A DNA stretch of 58,183 bases, filler included, from Sphacelaria rigidula (taxonomy: Eukaryota), in the NCBI GenBank assembly GCA_964200075.2. It is 5 parts of 5 records of this genome, joined end to end, with 100 filler letters (N's around TTAATTAATTAA, not from the genome) between each part and the next. Parts side by side here need not be neighbours in the genome. Positions count along the whole stretch, not along the records: positions 34,973 to 46,528 come from CAXNAA020004788.1; positions 46,629 to 58,183 come from CAXNAA020004789.1; 3 more parts are not named here. The stretch is one strand, 5' to 3'. Under the pieces are notes generated by a model. It was not told the DNA's origin and made no database searches. It saw only the letters and a list, made by a program, of their open reading frames with translations. The translations under genes and the position numbers were made by a program. Positions 38,313 to 49,313 of the stretch are shown here, piece by piece (the stretch's first letter is position 1; each line of letters begins with the position of its first letter).

Positions 38313-40801
38313 CTAGACGCTCGGGACCACCGAAAATATCTTCTGGCGCTGTGCAGTTTTTTTTTCCCGATCATCACTATTAGCCCGATTTCCCTCTTCA
38401 GGGCGAGCCCGTGGCCTTAAGGGATCAACCCATTCCATCTCTCCTCCCGTCCACGCCTTACATTTTGGTATCGCGGACTGGGTCATAACTTCCTTCTGCA
38501 CCGCCTCGACAATCACTGATCATCGAAAACCTCAGCCCAACAGACTATTGTATTACTGTCGCTCATCACTTCCTCACGGTTTCAAGGTGTCGTCAAGTCA
38601 GATAGTTGTGGGGGGGAAAAGGCAAACTAGACGCACTTGACGGGGATCGGACCATTTCCCCCGCCTGATGATATTATTGACAATCAATCCTCGTGCTGCA
38701 ACATTATCTGACTCAACAACAACAGCAACAACACAGCAGCAACAACAGCGGGTCGTGACAATAACAAACACGACAGGCGGATGATTACAACCGCGGACCA
38801 CAATGACAACAACTTACAAGTTCCCCGTGATTTGTCACCCTCAGAAACACTTCAGACGACGTGGACGAGGACTTCTCCATTTTCCCTCGCGGCTTCGAGG
38901 GTAGACGACGGCACGTGATGCCTGCACCGCACGAGATAATCTTCGGCTGCTGCTGGCTCTTCCCCTCCCCTAGCCGCTGCAGCCTCTCGAGGACACCCTG
39001 TGCCGTTGCAGCAGACAAATGTCACGTATGACGCCCATCAAATATCGTCGGCGTGACTCGTATGATGATCGATCGACATCTGATGAGAAAATAAAACCGT
39101 CATCACAACTGACCAGATAGATAATCCCCATCTACTGTGTAGAGCGACAAAACATACGAATTATTCTCAGACTACCATCATCATCTACTTTTTTCCCGCG
39201 TACACGTTTTTAATAGGAAAATTGGAAAACCGAACGTTCCAGAGAGACGAGCCTCTTTCGTATCACCGTAAATTTCGCTAGCGTATATATCTAATGAAGT
39301 TGATTATTTCGAGAACTGGCTGTACTCCAGCTTCAAGTTTCGCATGCGCTACGTAGGGGGAAAAGAGTGATCGAAGGGGTTGATTTCACGTGATATTTGC
39401 GCTGACAAGCAAAGAGGATAAGCTGACAAAGAAACGCGTTTCTCAAACCTTCTCATGGTATTTCGTGCTTGAGACAAATGAGAGCAAAGCTCCGAAACGG
39501 AGAAAAAACAAACACCGACGATAGTTTTGACTGACGCGGCACACTGTGCGGTGTCACGATATTTTACAGGAGTGGCGTACGCGCTAGTATCTTACCGGGA
39601 ACCGAACTGTCCAACAGAGGGGATGCTGACAGCACGATATCATACCTAGAATATCAGCCTGTCATAAATACTTCGAAGTAGTATGTTTGCCGAAAAACGC
39701 TTCCAAAAACGTCTCAATTTCAAGGGTACAAAACACTCGGACATTCTTTGACTTTATGTACATAATGTATGTACGACCTGGGCCAGCTGACGTGATTTTT
39801 TAACGAAGAGAGAAGATGCCATTGGTAATTCGAAGAGTTAGGCGCTGAAATTTTGACACGACGTTTGTATCATCAACCCGCACAACCCTGTCGGGGGTGC
39901 AGAGAAAATGCTACAACTTCCTTAACATTCCATGAAAACGACGACAACGTTCCAACACATACGGGCACTCGCGTCAACGACATTCTGGTAAAGTTTCGGC
40001 CAAAAAGATCTCAAATTGGGCGCGGCATCGCACTTTTCATGTGACACAGCTGCGCCCCTTTCATTCAAGTGATACAAAAGGCTCCAACTATAGCGGTCAT
40101 GGGTTCGAATCCCGACTGATTCTCTTTTTTCTTCGTCCGTCGTTGAGGTCATATATTAGGCAGTACATAAAAAAAAAACTTCATGCAAGGGCGATGCCGT
40201 GTGTTACCAGGTTGGTCTTCACTTCACAGCGATATGCTCAAGTCGCGCTGATTTGCAAAACTTGAGAAGCTGTGGTGCGGAAAGCGAATGCGGGACTTAC
40301 TGCTGGCCCAGCTCGTATAAAATAGGGCGTATGCAAATCAGGCACGAAAACAAATCTAATAATGATATAGACGTGCGACAGTGACTACAAACATTTTGGT
40401 CTTCGTATAGATCCTGCTGATGCTCATTTTTTCGACAAGTGAACGGTGCATCGGCGGGTACGTATATGCAGAGCTATTATATTCACACATCGTCAGTGGA
40501 CATCACAATCTCGAAGTCGGTACCTGTAACTTCCTGATGGGCTTGCCGGGGAAGCTCGAGCGGAAAAGATCGATGGTCACGTCTCGTGACTCCTCGCCTG
40601 CACCCATCCAGCCGTCGGTCTGCAGAGTCTAGAGTAGCGCCAACAACATATGGGAGCGGGGGGGGGGGGGGGGGGGGGGCGTGAGGGGGGGTGTTTTGTT
40701 GGGGATGGGACCCAATCGCGGGGTTTGTTGGGGGGGGGGGGGGGGGGGGGGGGTGTTGTNNNNNNNNNNGAGTGGGGTGGGGGGGGGTGAGGGGGGGGGG
40801 A

Positions 40802-40838
<37 letters not shown>

Positions 40839-43290
40839 CGTTATGGGTGGTCTGTTGTATGGTATGTGATCCATACTCCGGTATTTGTCCGAAGGGTGTA
40901 CGAGAGCGTGTGCTATTTGTGTGTGTATACAAGTTGGACTGAGAGCATACAAAATCGGTGGGATTCGTTCCGGTTGGGTTGCCGAAAGATTGGAGGGTGT
41001 TCTTGCCCGATCCGACCTTGGCAAATAAGCAAAAAATGAGTACGCAGCAGAATATTGCGACCGTTACTGCTTGCGGTAAAGACATGGTCTTAACACTGAA
41101 AAAAAACGGCATTCCCCAGGTCGACTCTAAGCTACGCCGATGAGCGATTCGCGATGCTGCATCCATCGCGCGACAGTAGGAAGCACTACGAAAAAATTAC
41201 TTGCCATTCGCTGACGCGTGATTATGTAAAAAAAATTGAAGATCCTGTGTAGCTCGTATCTTCTCCAGAGAAGGTGTAGTTTGTCATCCCATGTGCTCTG
41301 TTTGCCCCTTTTAAGGGCACAATCTATACTAGCGATACTTATATATAGTTAACGACAAAGCCATGCTGCGGAAAGTAAACTAACGCCTAGCTCGTACAGT
41401 ATAACGAGCTGTTTTCTGGGTATCATTATCGGCCCGTTTGCCGCGTCTTTTTATTATCAAGACATGTATACATGTATATATTTACATGCAATACCTGCTT
41501 CATCACGATCGAGCCCATTTCATCCACGAGTAGCTCAACATCTCCTTCCTGTGATGTCAACACCTCGCCTGGCCCGAGGGTGTCGCCTACCCGCATGGAT
41601 GCACCGCGATCCTCGATCACATCGTATTCGAACACTCCTTCGTTGTAGTTCGCATCAAAAGCCTCGAAGATGGGATGTTGTGGCCTGCAGTTAGGGGTGC
41701 ATTTCATGGGTCGTGTGATTCAGAACATCACATACTTACTTGTCTCTTTCCGCTGAGGGATGAGTGAAACGCACGCGATTTCAAAATTACGTCTTGTAGT
41801 AAATCACCAAGGTCAAAAAAACTTACACGATTTGGCGAGAATGTTTTGCTTTGCGCCAAGCGGTTTGTGTATTTTCTTGGCCCTGTACTGCGAAACGCAG
41901 CTCATTGAAATTTCGTGCCTCATCCCAAAATCTAGGGCGCTACATATCTGACTCTAGCGGCAACAAAAATAGGAAAATGTCACAGACCAGTGACCCTTGA
42001 CCGTACTTGCGAAGTCGAGTTAAACAGTACTCAGTACTCGACCCTCCCGCCCGTTGCTGTACGCAGATGTATGATATCGGAATTAATACAAAACTGTGTG
42101 GAGTCTTTGTGGCGTAACCATGACTTGGACGAAAAAAATGTTGGTGCATGAATTGGGAGCTGTGATTGCCACAGTTGTTCATGTACGTCCCATCTGGTGA
42201 AACATGTACCGCATGAAAACACGTACACACAATGTCACATAAAAACGTGGTAACGAGTAAGAGAACAGAAGACAGACGATGTTTCCCAGAGGAGGAGGGC
42301 TTGGAAATCCGGCAGGAGCCAGAGATTACCCTCCGGTGCCGTGCGTACATGTGTTTTGCAGTTCAAGGTGTGTTCTTGTGATACTGCGTCCGTCCGTCGA
42401 ACGTTCACGGCGAAAATATTTACGCCCGACTCGTAGAAACATACATATTATATGTACTACGGCTAACGAAGATAATCGCTAGAAGTCGTAAGCCTACTTA
42501 CCAATCAACAGAGGGGGCAACATCCGCGTTCACCCCCTTCACTGTGTCTTTGCCTCCGATTGTCCCTCCAACCCTATTGCCGGTCATGTCGATAGCAGGA
42601 GCGAACGATTCACGGATACCGCCGGGAGTAGAAATCAGCACGGGACTGCTGTTTGTAGCGGTGCCACTGCTGCCTTGCTTGTTACGGTACTTGTCACTGC
42701 CTTCAGTAGGCAATATTGAGAAGGTCTGGCGCACGTTGTGGACGTTGCTGCTCCTGCGGGTGCGGCTGGGGAGCGCCAGCTGTCCCCACTCCGGACGAGG
42801 CTGACCCAGATTCGCTGCACACTTGTAGCCAAGGCCACGGCTTGACATGCCGTTTCTGTTTTTCGTGGGCTTTCTCCATCCCAGAAACGGTAGAGTCGGG
42901 TCCGCTACGTTGCTCAGGGCGCCCTCGCGTATCTCGGTGATCGCCGACATTTTCCCGGGCTGCTTCGGCACTCCTTCCTGGCGACAGGCGTGGTTGATGT
43001 TGCTTCTCGTAGTAGAAGTAGTGTCGTCGTTGTCGTTGTCGTTGCTATTGTGGAAGTCGCGGCTGCCTCTAGGAGGCGATATTGAGAATGTGTGGCGCAC
43101 TTCGTGGTCGTTGCTGCCGCTGCTGCCGCCGCCGCTGCGGCTGGGGAGCACCACATGTCTCCACTCCGGACTAGGCTTACCCAGATTCGCTGCATCTCTG
43201 TTCCTAAGACCACGACCCGACACGCCGTTCCTGTCTTCCGCAGCCTTTCTCCACCCCAGAAACGGTGGAGTCGGGCGCGATTTCTTCCGA
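38313..43290 (-). CDS. Uncharacterised multi-exon protein; exons ~43290-42501, 41684-41495, 40619-40524, 38997-38818, 38664-38637, 38515-38313; duplicated N-terminal block and bulb-lectin-like motifs
   Basis: Five successive GT-AG introns splice in phase (2, 0, 0, 0, 1): ..SVDW|PQHPIFEAF..VGDTLGPGEVLTSQEGDVELLVDEMGSIVMKQ|TDGWMG..KLQ|GVLERL..VFLRVTNHGEL|AGEMVRSPSM|IVEAVQ... The start and the true last exon are uncertain; 37897-38150 also looks coding. Confidence 0.6.
39774..40315. mobile_element. MITE family A copy 3
   Basis: TA|CGACCTGGGCCAGC ... GCTGGCCCAGCTCG|TA, intronic in the contig 4 gene. Confidence 0.85.
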
Positions 43291-43452
43291 ACAGCAAGAG
43301 TTGAACGCGGGAATTAAGTCGGACGGGGATCGTCAAACAAATCCTTGAGCACGAAGTATTGCACTCTAGCCTCTTGTATCGTTGCTCTCTTCATTCGCTC
43401 CCGTTTTTCTTGTTCTCTCTATTTTCGTTTCGTTTTGTTTTCGCAAGGTGTC

Positions 43453-43641
43453 CAAGGGCAGGTCGACTAGGGTACATACTCATTTGCGGGGTATTTTCAA
43501 AGTCGTACTTGAAGTACACAAATTGGGGTAGGGTGTTAGGGGTCGCTTTCCAGTTATTCTTTGGGTACGACTCTCAACACCCTATCCCAATTTGAATACT
43601 TAGGGTACAATTTTCAAGATACCCTACTCGACCTGCCCTTG
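43453..43641. mobile_element. hAT-type MITE family C, 189 bp, with a perfect 8-bp TSD
   Basis: AAGGTGTC|CAAGGGCAGGTCGA ... TCGACCTGCCCTTG|AAGGTGTC. Confidence 0.92.
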
Positions 43642-44991
43642 AAGGTGTCCTTGCCTGAAGCCATGCGGCAGCGACCTCTGGGGAACCTTGTCTCGGTACC
43701 AGCACTGGATGTTGGCCGGGCGTTTTCCTTGTCCTTCCCCCTTACCCTTCACTTCTTTCCTCATCTTGTGTGTCCTATATACTCTTTTCAGTTTGCTCTG
43801 TTTATTCTCTCTTCTTTATTTTCGAAATTTCCATTCCTCGATTTTCCTACAGCGAGTTTTTTTTTCACATTCATTTAGGATACGTCCATCGAGTAATCAC
43901 CGTTGGATTGGCAGAGAGAAGATCATTTAAAGTAGTGTGCGGCAATCGAGTATGAAATCATCTAACCTCTTTCCTTTGGACAGGCTGGAATAAGGTTGAA
44001 CACCGGTGACAGACGATTGCGCCGAGAACCATCACTTGCTTAGAATGAAGGAGGGTACACACGTATTTATATCCAAGTTCGTGGCTCAACAGCTAGACGG
44101 ACTTCGGACATTGACTGTTGTTGATCAGCACAACAGCCACCGCGCTACTCAGTCAGCGCTGACTCAGTAGCTCAGTGGCTATTGGCTTTATATATGTTGC
44201 AGCAACGTTTGAGACAATAGTTGAGGGCCATTCTTAACTAAGTGTATGATTTTGGAATTTTTCGATCCACTTTTGCATTTTCCACGTAGACCAAATGAAG
44301 AACCGCACTTTTTCGCTTGACGGTTTGTGGTCTAGGTCCCACATATGCATCCCATCACACGATGTCATGTCTGCAGTGCAGCGCCCGCTAACATCATGGT
44401 CGCCTCCAAGAACATAAAAACCATACACATACATGCAGGTATAGTCATGGTTCGTGCAGCGTCGGGGCTGTTCGTGCCCTGCAAACTGCGAGAACAGCGG
44501 CAGTAGCGGTGTTTTTCGCGAGTGCCCACGTTCCATAATATTGGGAACCGGAAAAGAGCCTAACGGTGGGACAAAATCATGCACGATCCCAACTTTAAGA
44601 CGAACGTATGATGCGAAAATGGAGGGAAATTACGCCTTCTGTTTACGTTCAGGTCGTTTCCTAGGGCAAACAAACATAGATTGATATGCAATACTTCCTT
44701 TTGGGAGCTCTTGTATCGTTCAACGCCCCAGAAATTAGCACGGTGGACTTCGACAGGTTGGTATATGCCTTGATCTACTCGTTGAGACGGTTCCAGGACA
44801 CCTGTGCGTTTTGCTGTTAATAGTGGCCGCAGCTATTTTCGGCCAACGGTGCATTTTCTTGGAGATCGCTCATTTTGCTCGGGGAGCAGTCACGGCCAAA
44901 AGAACTTCGGAATTCTCCGGACTTCGCCGGTCTCCGAGATAAATGAGCGGCCTCCGAGAAACATAAGTGGTCTCAAACACGCAGAAAAGAT

Positions 44992-45529
44992 ATTTTCGAA
45001 AATGAAGTTGAACATTCAAGTGAGGTTAAACGCTGAAACAGTGCTTTCTCTGAACTAAAATTGTAACAACTCACTTTCCCGTGAGCGACCTCATACCTCC
45101 CGACCTCCCTGAAACTTTTTTTGGAGGTTTCCCGTCTTTCGTTTCCCCATCATAGGATATGCGCGGAAAATCACCATTTTCGATTCAAGAGCGTCTTCTT
45201 TTTCACCCCGAAATTGAGGCAAAAATGTACTGTCGTACGTACCCCTTGGGGAAGTAAAAGACGGGATTGTCCCAAAAATAGTTTCAGTGAGGTCGGGGGG
45301 CATGGGCTCGTCAGCATAAAAGTCATTCGTCACAACCCCTAGGTCAGAAAAAGCTATACTTCGGAGTTAACCCTTAGACCGTGAGGGTAGGTCACGTGCT
45401 GAATCGACACAAATTTCCTCTTGGAAAAAAGGTATGCGTGATCCAGATGGATTACCCACACCGTGGTCTAAGGGTTAAACGTCATTTCAATGTTCAAACT
45501 CATTTTCGTTCAACCTCATTTTCGAAAAT
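44992..45529. mobile_element. Foldback element (long imperfect inverted arms) with a nested piggyBac-type MITE
   Basis: Arms at ~44992-45180 and ~45220-45529 are imperfect reverse complements. The core TTTTCACCCCGAAATTGAGGCAAAAATG matches the reverse complement of the core of 56339-56758. Confidence 0.72.
45371..45474. mobile_element. piggyBac-type mini-MITE (104 bp), copy 2
   Basis: TTAA|CCCTTAGACC ... GGTCTAAGGG|TTAA. Confidence 0.9.
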
Positions 45530-45697
45530 GATACCTAGCGGGTGTCCTGGAACCGTCTCAACGAGTGCAGCAAGCCATTCCCAGTTGTCAAAATCCGCTC
45601 AGGTTTCTTCTAGGGTGTGAAACGACGCCGCGGGTCGAAAAAACAGTTTTCCAGATTTTTTCACCATCTGCTTGCCAGAGGGAGCGGCCTCCGAATG

Positions 45698-46180
45698 AGG
45701 GTGTGTCTTATTACATTATTTGTCGATCGAAAATATGCGGTGGAGAATGATAACTCCGATATGATAGGTTGTGATTTCAACCATCCATCGTCGTTTATTG
45801 AATATGGTTGAAATCACGACCTATTAGATCGTTTTTTTTTGTTTTCTACCACACATTTTCGATCGAAAATTGATGTGCTAAGGGCGTGTACTAGCACATT
45901 AATTTTCGATCGAAAAAGTGCGGTGGAAAAGGAGAACTCCAATCTGATCGGTTGTGATTTCAACTGTAGTGGTTTATTGTACAGATGGTTGAAATCACAA
46001 CATATCATACCGTTTTTTTGTTTCCCACCGCACTTTTCGTTCGAAAAATGGTGTGTTCTAAGGGCGTGTCTCATAGCACATTCCTTGTCGATCGAAAACG
46101 TGCGGTGGAAAAGGAAAACTCCAATCTGATAGGTCGTGAACTCAAGTATCGTAGTTCATTTTGAAGATGGTGGGAATCAC
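45698..46180. repeat. Tandem array of ~180-bp units, each an imperfect palindrome
   Basis: AGGG(T/C)GTGT starts at 45698, 45881 and 46061. Within units, TCGATCGAAAA..TGCGGTGGA..GTTGTGATTTCAAC pairs with GTTGAAATCAC..CCACCGCAC..TTTTCG(A/T)TCGA. Confidence 0.8.
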
Positions 46181-46182
46181 GG

Positions 46183-46454
46183 GGGCTATACACGTTACAC
46201 GTTCACGTTCACGTTACACGTTCACGTTCACGTTCACGTTACACGTTCACGTTCACGTTCACGTTACACGTTCACGTTACACGTTCACGTTACGTTCATC
46301 AAGTTAAAGAAATTAACGTTACGTTCACGTTACATTTGAAATTTTTAACGTTACATTCATCACGTAGAAAAAAAATAACGTTCGCGTTACGTTTCGGCCT
46401 AAACGTAACGTGACGTAACGTGTAACGATATGGCACGTGTAACGTGTATAGCCC
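46183..46454. mobile_element. Small TIR element filled with ACGTT(C/AC) microsatellite-like repeats
   Basis: GGGCTATACACGTTACACGT ... ACGTGTAACGTGTATAGCCC (20-bp TIR). No TSD is evident. Confidence 0.7.
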
Positions 46455-46528
46455 TGGAGCAATGCTACGGTAGGGGTGCACTTTTTTCGCGAAATTTTGT
46501 CTGGTTCAGGGGCTCCTAACGATTCTAG

Positions 46529-46628
46529 NNNNNNNNNNNNNNNNNNNNNNNNNNNNNNNNNNNNNNNNNNNNTTAATTAATTAANNNNNNNNNNNNNNNN
46601 NNNNNNNNNNNNNNNNNNNNNNNNNNNN
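46529..46628. other. Artificial contig spacer
   Basis: 44 N + TTAATTAATTAA + 44 N. Confidence 0.99.
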
Positions 46629-46700
46629 CGTTTCTGGCCATTTTTCGTACCTTTCCTAGGCAAAAAACGAGAAGGTATACCTTTTCTAGGCCATTGCCCG

Positions 46701-46833
46701 TATATTAAATATAGTATATTATATATTATATGATATGGAATAAATTAAATATAGTATATGATATATAGTATATGGAATAAAATATATGATATATGATATA
46801 AAATATATAACATATGATATATCATATATAATG
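46701..46833. repeat. AT-rich low-complexity (TATA/ATATG) tract
   Basis: Nearly pure A/T with repeated ATATATGAT. Confidence 0.8.
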
Positions 46834-47051
46834 TACAAGGGTCTCTACTGTCTACGGCAGCTGACCACATCCGCCAACGCCTCGGCGAAACACCAGGGGA
46901 CACACGGCTGGGTGCCCCCCCCCCCACCCCTGCCCCCCCTCAAAGACTCGAATTTTCGATTTTGGGGCCTGCGTGTCCCGAAATATTTTTTTGACAACAG
47001 ACCCTTGGTCAGCTCACGAAGAAAATTATATGCGATATCTCCTTGGGTCAG

Positions 47052-47343
47052 GAAGAACGGTCCGTGTCCTTGTTTGCGCCAAGGATGGAGCTAAGACAGA
47101 GCACTGGGAAGTAGGTTCTTACGTGTACTGTATGCACTTCATGGATGGATGTGGTGCGTGTTGGGAGGCGTGGCCGACGGGCTTCGGTATACTACCGCCC
47201 CTCCCTGTCGTTTGGCTACTGTGCGTACGTATACAGGCCAAGTCACCAAAAACAAGGGTTTGGGATGAAATCTTCGAGGGGCCTGAAGTCACCTTGCTAG
47301 CAGTTAGCCACGACGGAAGATTGCTGCACGCTCTATCACTCGC
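47052..47343 (+). CDS. Possible exon pair of a WD40/beta-propeller-like protein (tentative)
   Basis: ..RTVRVLVCAKDGAKTEHWE|GTAGGT ... ATACAG|AKSPKTRVWDEIFEGPEVTLLAVSHDGRLL. 'TRVWD' and 'VTxLAxSxDGRLL' resemble WD40 strands. No further exons were confirmed. Confidence 0.25.
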
Positions 47344-48471
47344 GTGCACCATGGCACAGTCGGCTGTGGGCGCATGTGTCATTCCTTAATCACCCGTGCT
47401 CTTCGCGTGTGCACAAATACCACTAGACGCCTTGACTTGGCCTACAGACGCCTCAGTGGCACTCAGCTGCTGCTGCCGCCGCTGCCGCTGCCGCCGCCAC
47501 TGCTGCTTCTCCACCTGTGTACTGTAGTGGATATCGATACCTGTCTGGTAACGCATCAACGTCAGATCGTGCGGCGTGCCTATCTTTCAATGAGCGTTCC
47601 GATAGTGTACGTCTACGTGCCGGCAAAACTGCAACGACCCATCTTTTGTGAGGTATCGAGCAGCCAAACAGAAAGATCGTTGAGAACCCCGGGCTTGTCT
47701 TTGACCTATAGTTTTGTCACCTTCATGCATCAGCAGGAAGACCAGCCTGAGTGATTTTTTAAGCTACAGGATACCATGATGAATGCGATCAATTACAGTA
47801 CTACAGGCAGACCGAAACCCCCGTTTGGATTTTGGTTGGATACAGTATTGCGGCGGGACTCGTGCCGTTTCGTAAAACAGTTTCGCTGTGTACACTGCTT
47901 GTCTGAGATCCTAGTTTCGCCGCATAGTGGATACCTGTGGCTCTCTCACCAGCAAAAGCTTTCCGCCGTACATCCTCCGGGAGTCCACGAAACACAATGG
48001 ATCAAATATATACGCTTACGGACGGCTACAGGAACTGGCTTCGATTTATCGACCAGGTGAAATGATTGAATCCTCGGCGTCAAAACATTTCTGCGCAGTA
48101 CTTATCATGCACAGCACGTCCTCTGGTCCTGTTGCCTCTTGACTCCTCATCGATGTGCTTTTCAAGTGCAGTCATGTCGACAAGTACAGACTGTGTTGCC
48201 GATGATGAAACATGTGTCAACTGACAGGCCCCCTTTGGGACTTTCTCGGGGCATACATTTCGTCGTCACTAGCACTGTGGTGTTCGAGATAGTCACACTT
48301 GAAAATAAACCTTCGCCCTTCGGTCGTCGCCAAATACGGGTACTGTATTTCAAAATGAGATACTGATAAGGCAAGTGGTGGCACAGATGGAGTCTGACTT
48401 TCTGTTTGCGAGAAGCCAATTGAACACGTGGCAGTTACGAAAAATCCAACAAGGGTAAAAGTATTGCAGTC

Positions 48472-48728
48472 TGTTCGAGTGACTCAGATACACCCAGTTA
48501 TATATCGGATCCACGTAGAACAGGGGTTCGGGGTGACGTTCGAGTACTGACAGTCGAGTGTGTGCAAATGTGGCACAGTACAGTAGCCGGGCGGTGCGGA
48601 CAGCTCCACCTCGAATCACTCGTCAGCTTCTCCCCTCTCTTTTACACTCTCCCAAGGTATAGCAAAACTTGGGTGCTCTATAATAAAGGAAATAAACGAT
48701 ATACCCTATGCCTGCGCCAAGGGATACG
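48472..48728 (+). repeat. 5' LTR
   Basis: TGTTCGAGTGACTCAGATACACCC ... GCCAAGGGATACG, about 84% identical to the 3' LTR by hand alignment. Confidence 0.93.
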
Positions 48729-49313
48729 CTAGTCATAAATCGATTGGGCAAGTATGGATGGTGACGGTGGCGTTGCTTCCTCTCCTGTAGAGGGGACAAA
48801 TGAACCGACAGCTCAACGTGAGACCATGACGAGCCACTTCAACAGCCAGTTTAGTGAATTGACTGATCTGGTTAGGGACGTATAGTTCAGACAAACAGTA
48901 TTGCAGAGTAGAGTAGATGTGTTGAAGATCACGAGTACGGTGACGTGAGGTGAAGCGACGTCGTCGAGAGCGAAGGGTCTCCTGGAAGAGGCCAAGCAAC
49001 ACAAGACCACCACGCTGATGGATCAGCCAATCCCGGCACATCTCGAGGCCGACGATGCAGCCGCAAAGGCGAGTAGGGAGCCCCGAGCGGGAGCGACCAC
49101 AAGGCTGAAAGCGACGAAGCTAGGGATATGCACCTCACCCGTGAGTCTCTTGCTGCGTACGGTCATGATTGATCAAATGTCCAAAATGTTCATGGTGAGC
49201 CAGTTTTCAAGGCTACTGTCCCGAATTTTTCTGGGAAAAGGTCGGAATTATTCCACTACAAACACGAGCTCATCGACTTCGCGAGGAGCGAGGTCGTTGA
49301 GTGGGTTTTCACT

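Noticed and set aside
40629..41166. Poly-Pro and poly-Gly ORFs
   Set aside because: They arise from low-quality G homopolymers around an internal N gap inside an intron.
41740..41752. 13-nt micro-exon (CAG|CGGAAAGAGACAA|GTAAGT) in the contig 4 gene
   Set aside because: The splice signals are good, but inclusion shifts the frame, while direct splicing from 42501 to 41684 is already in frame. It cannot be excluded if another exon is missing.
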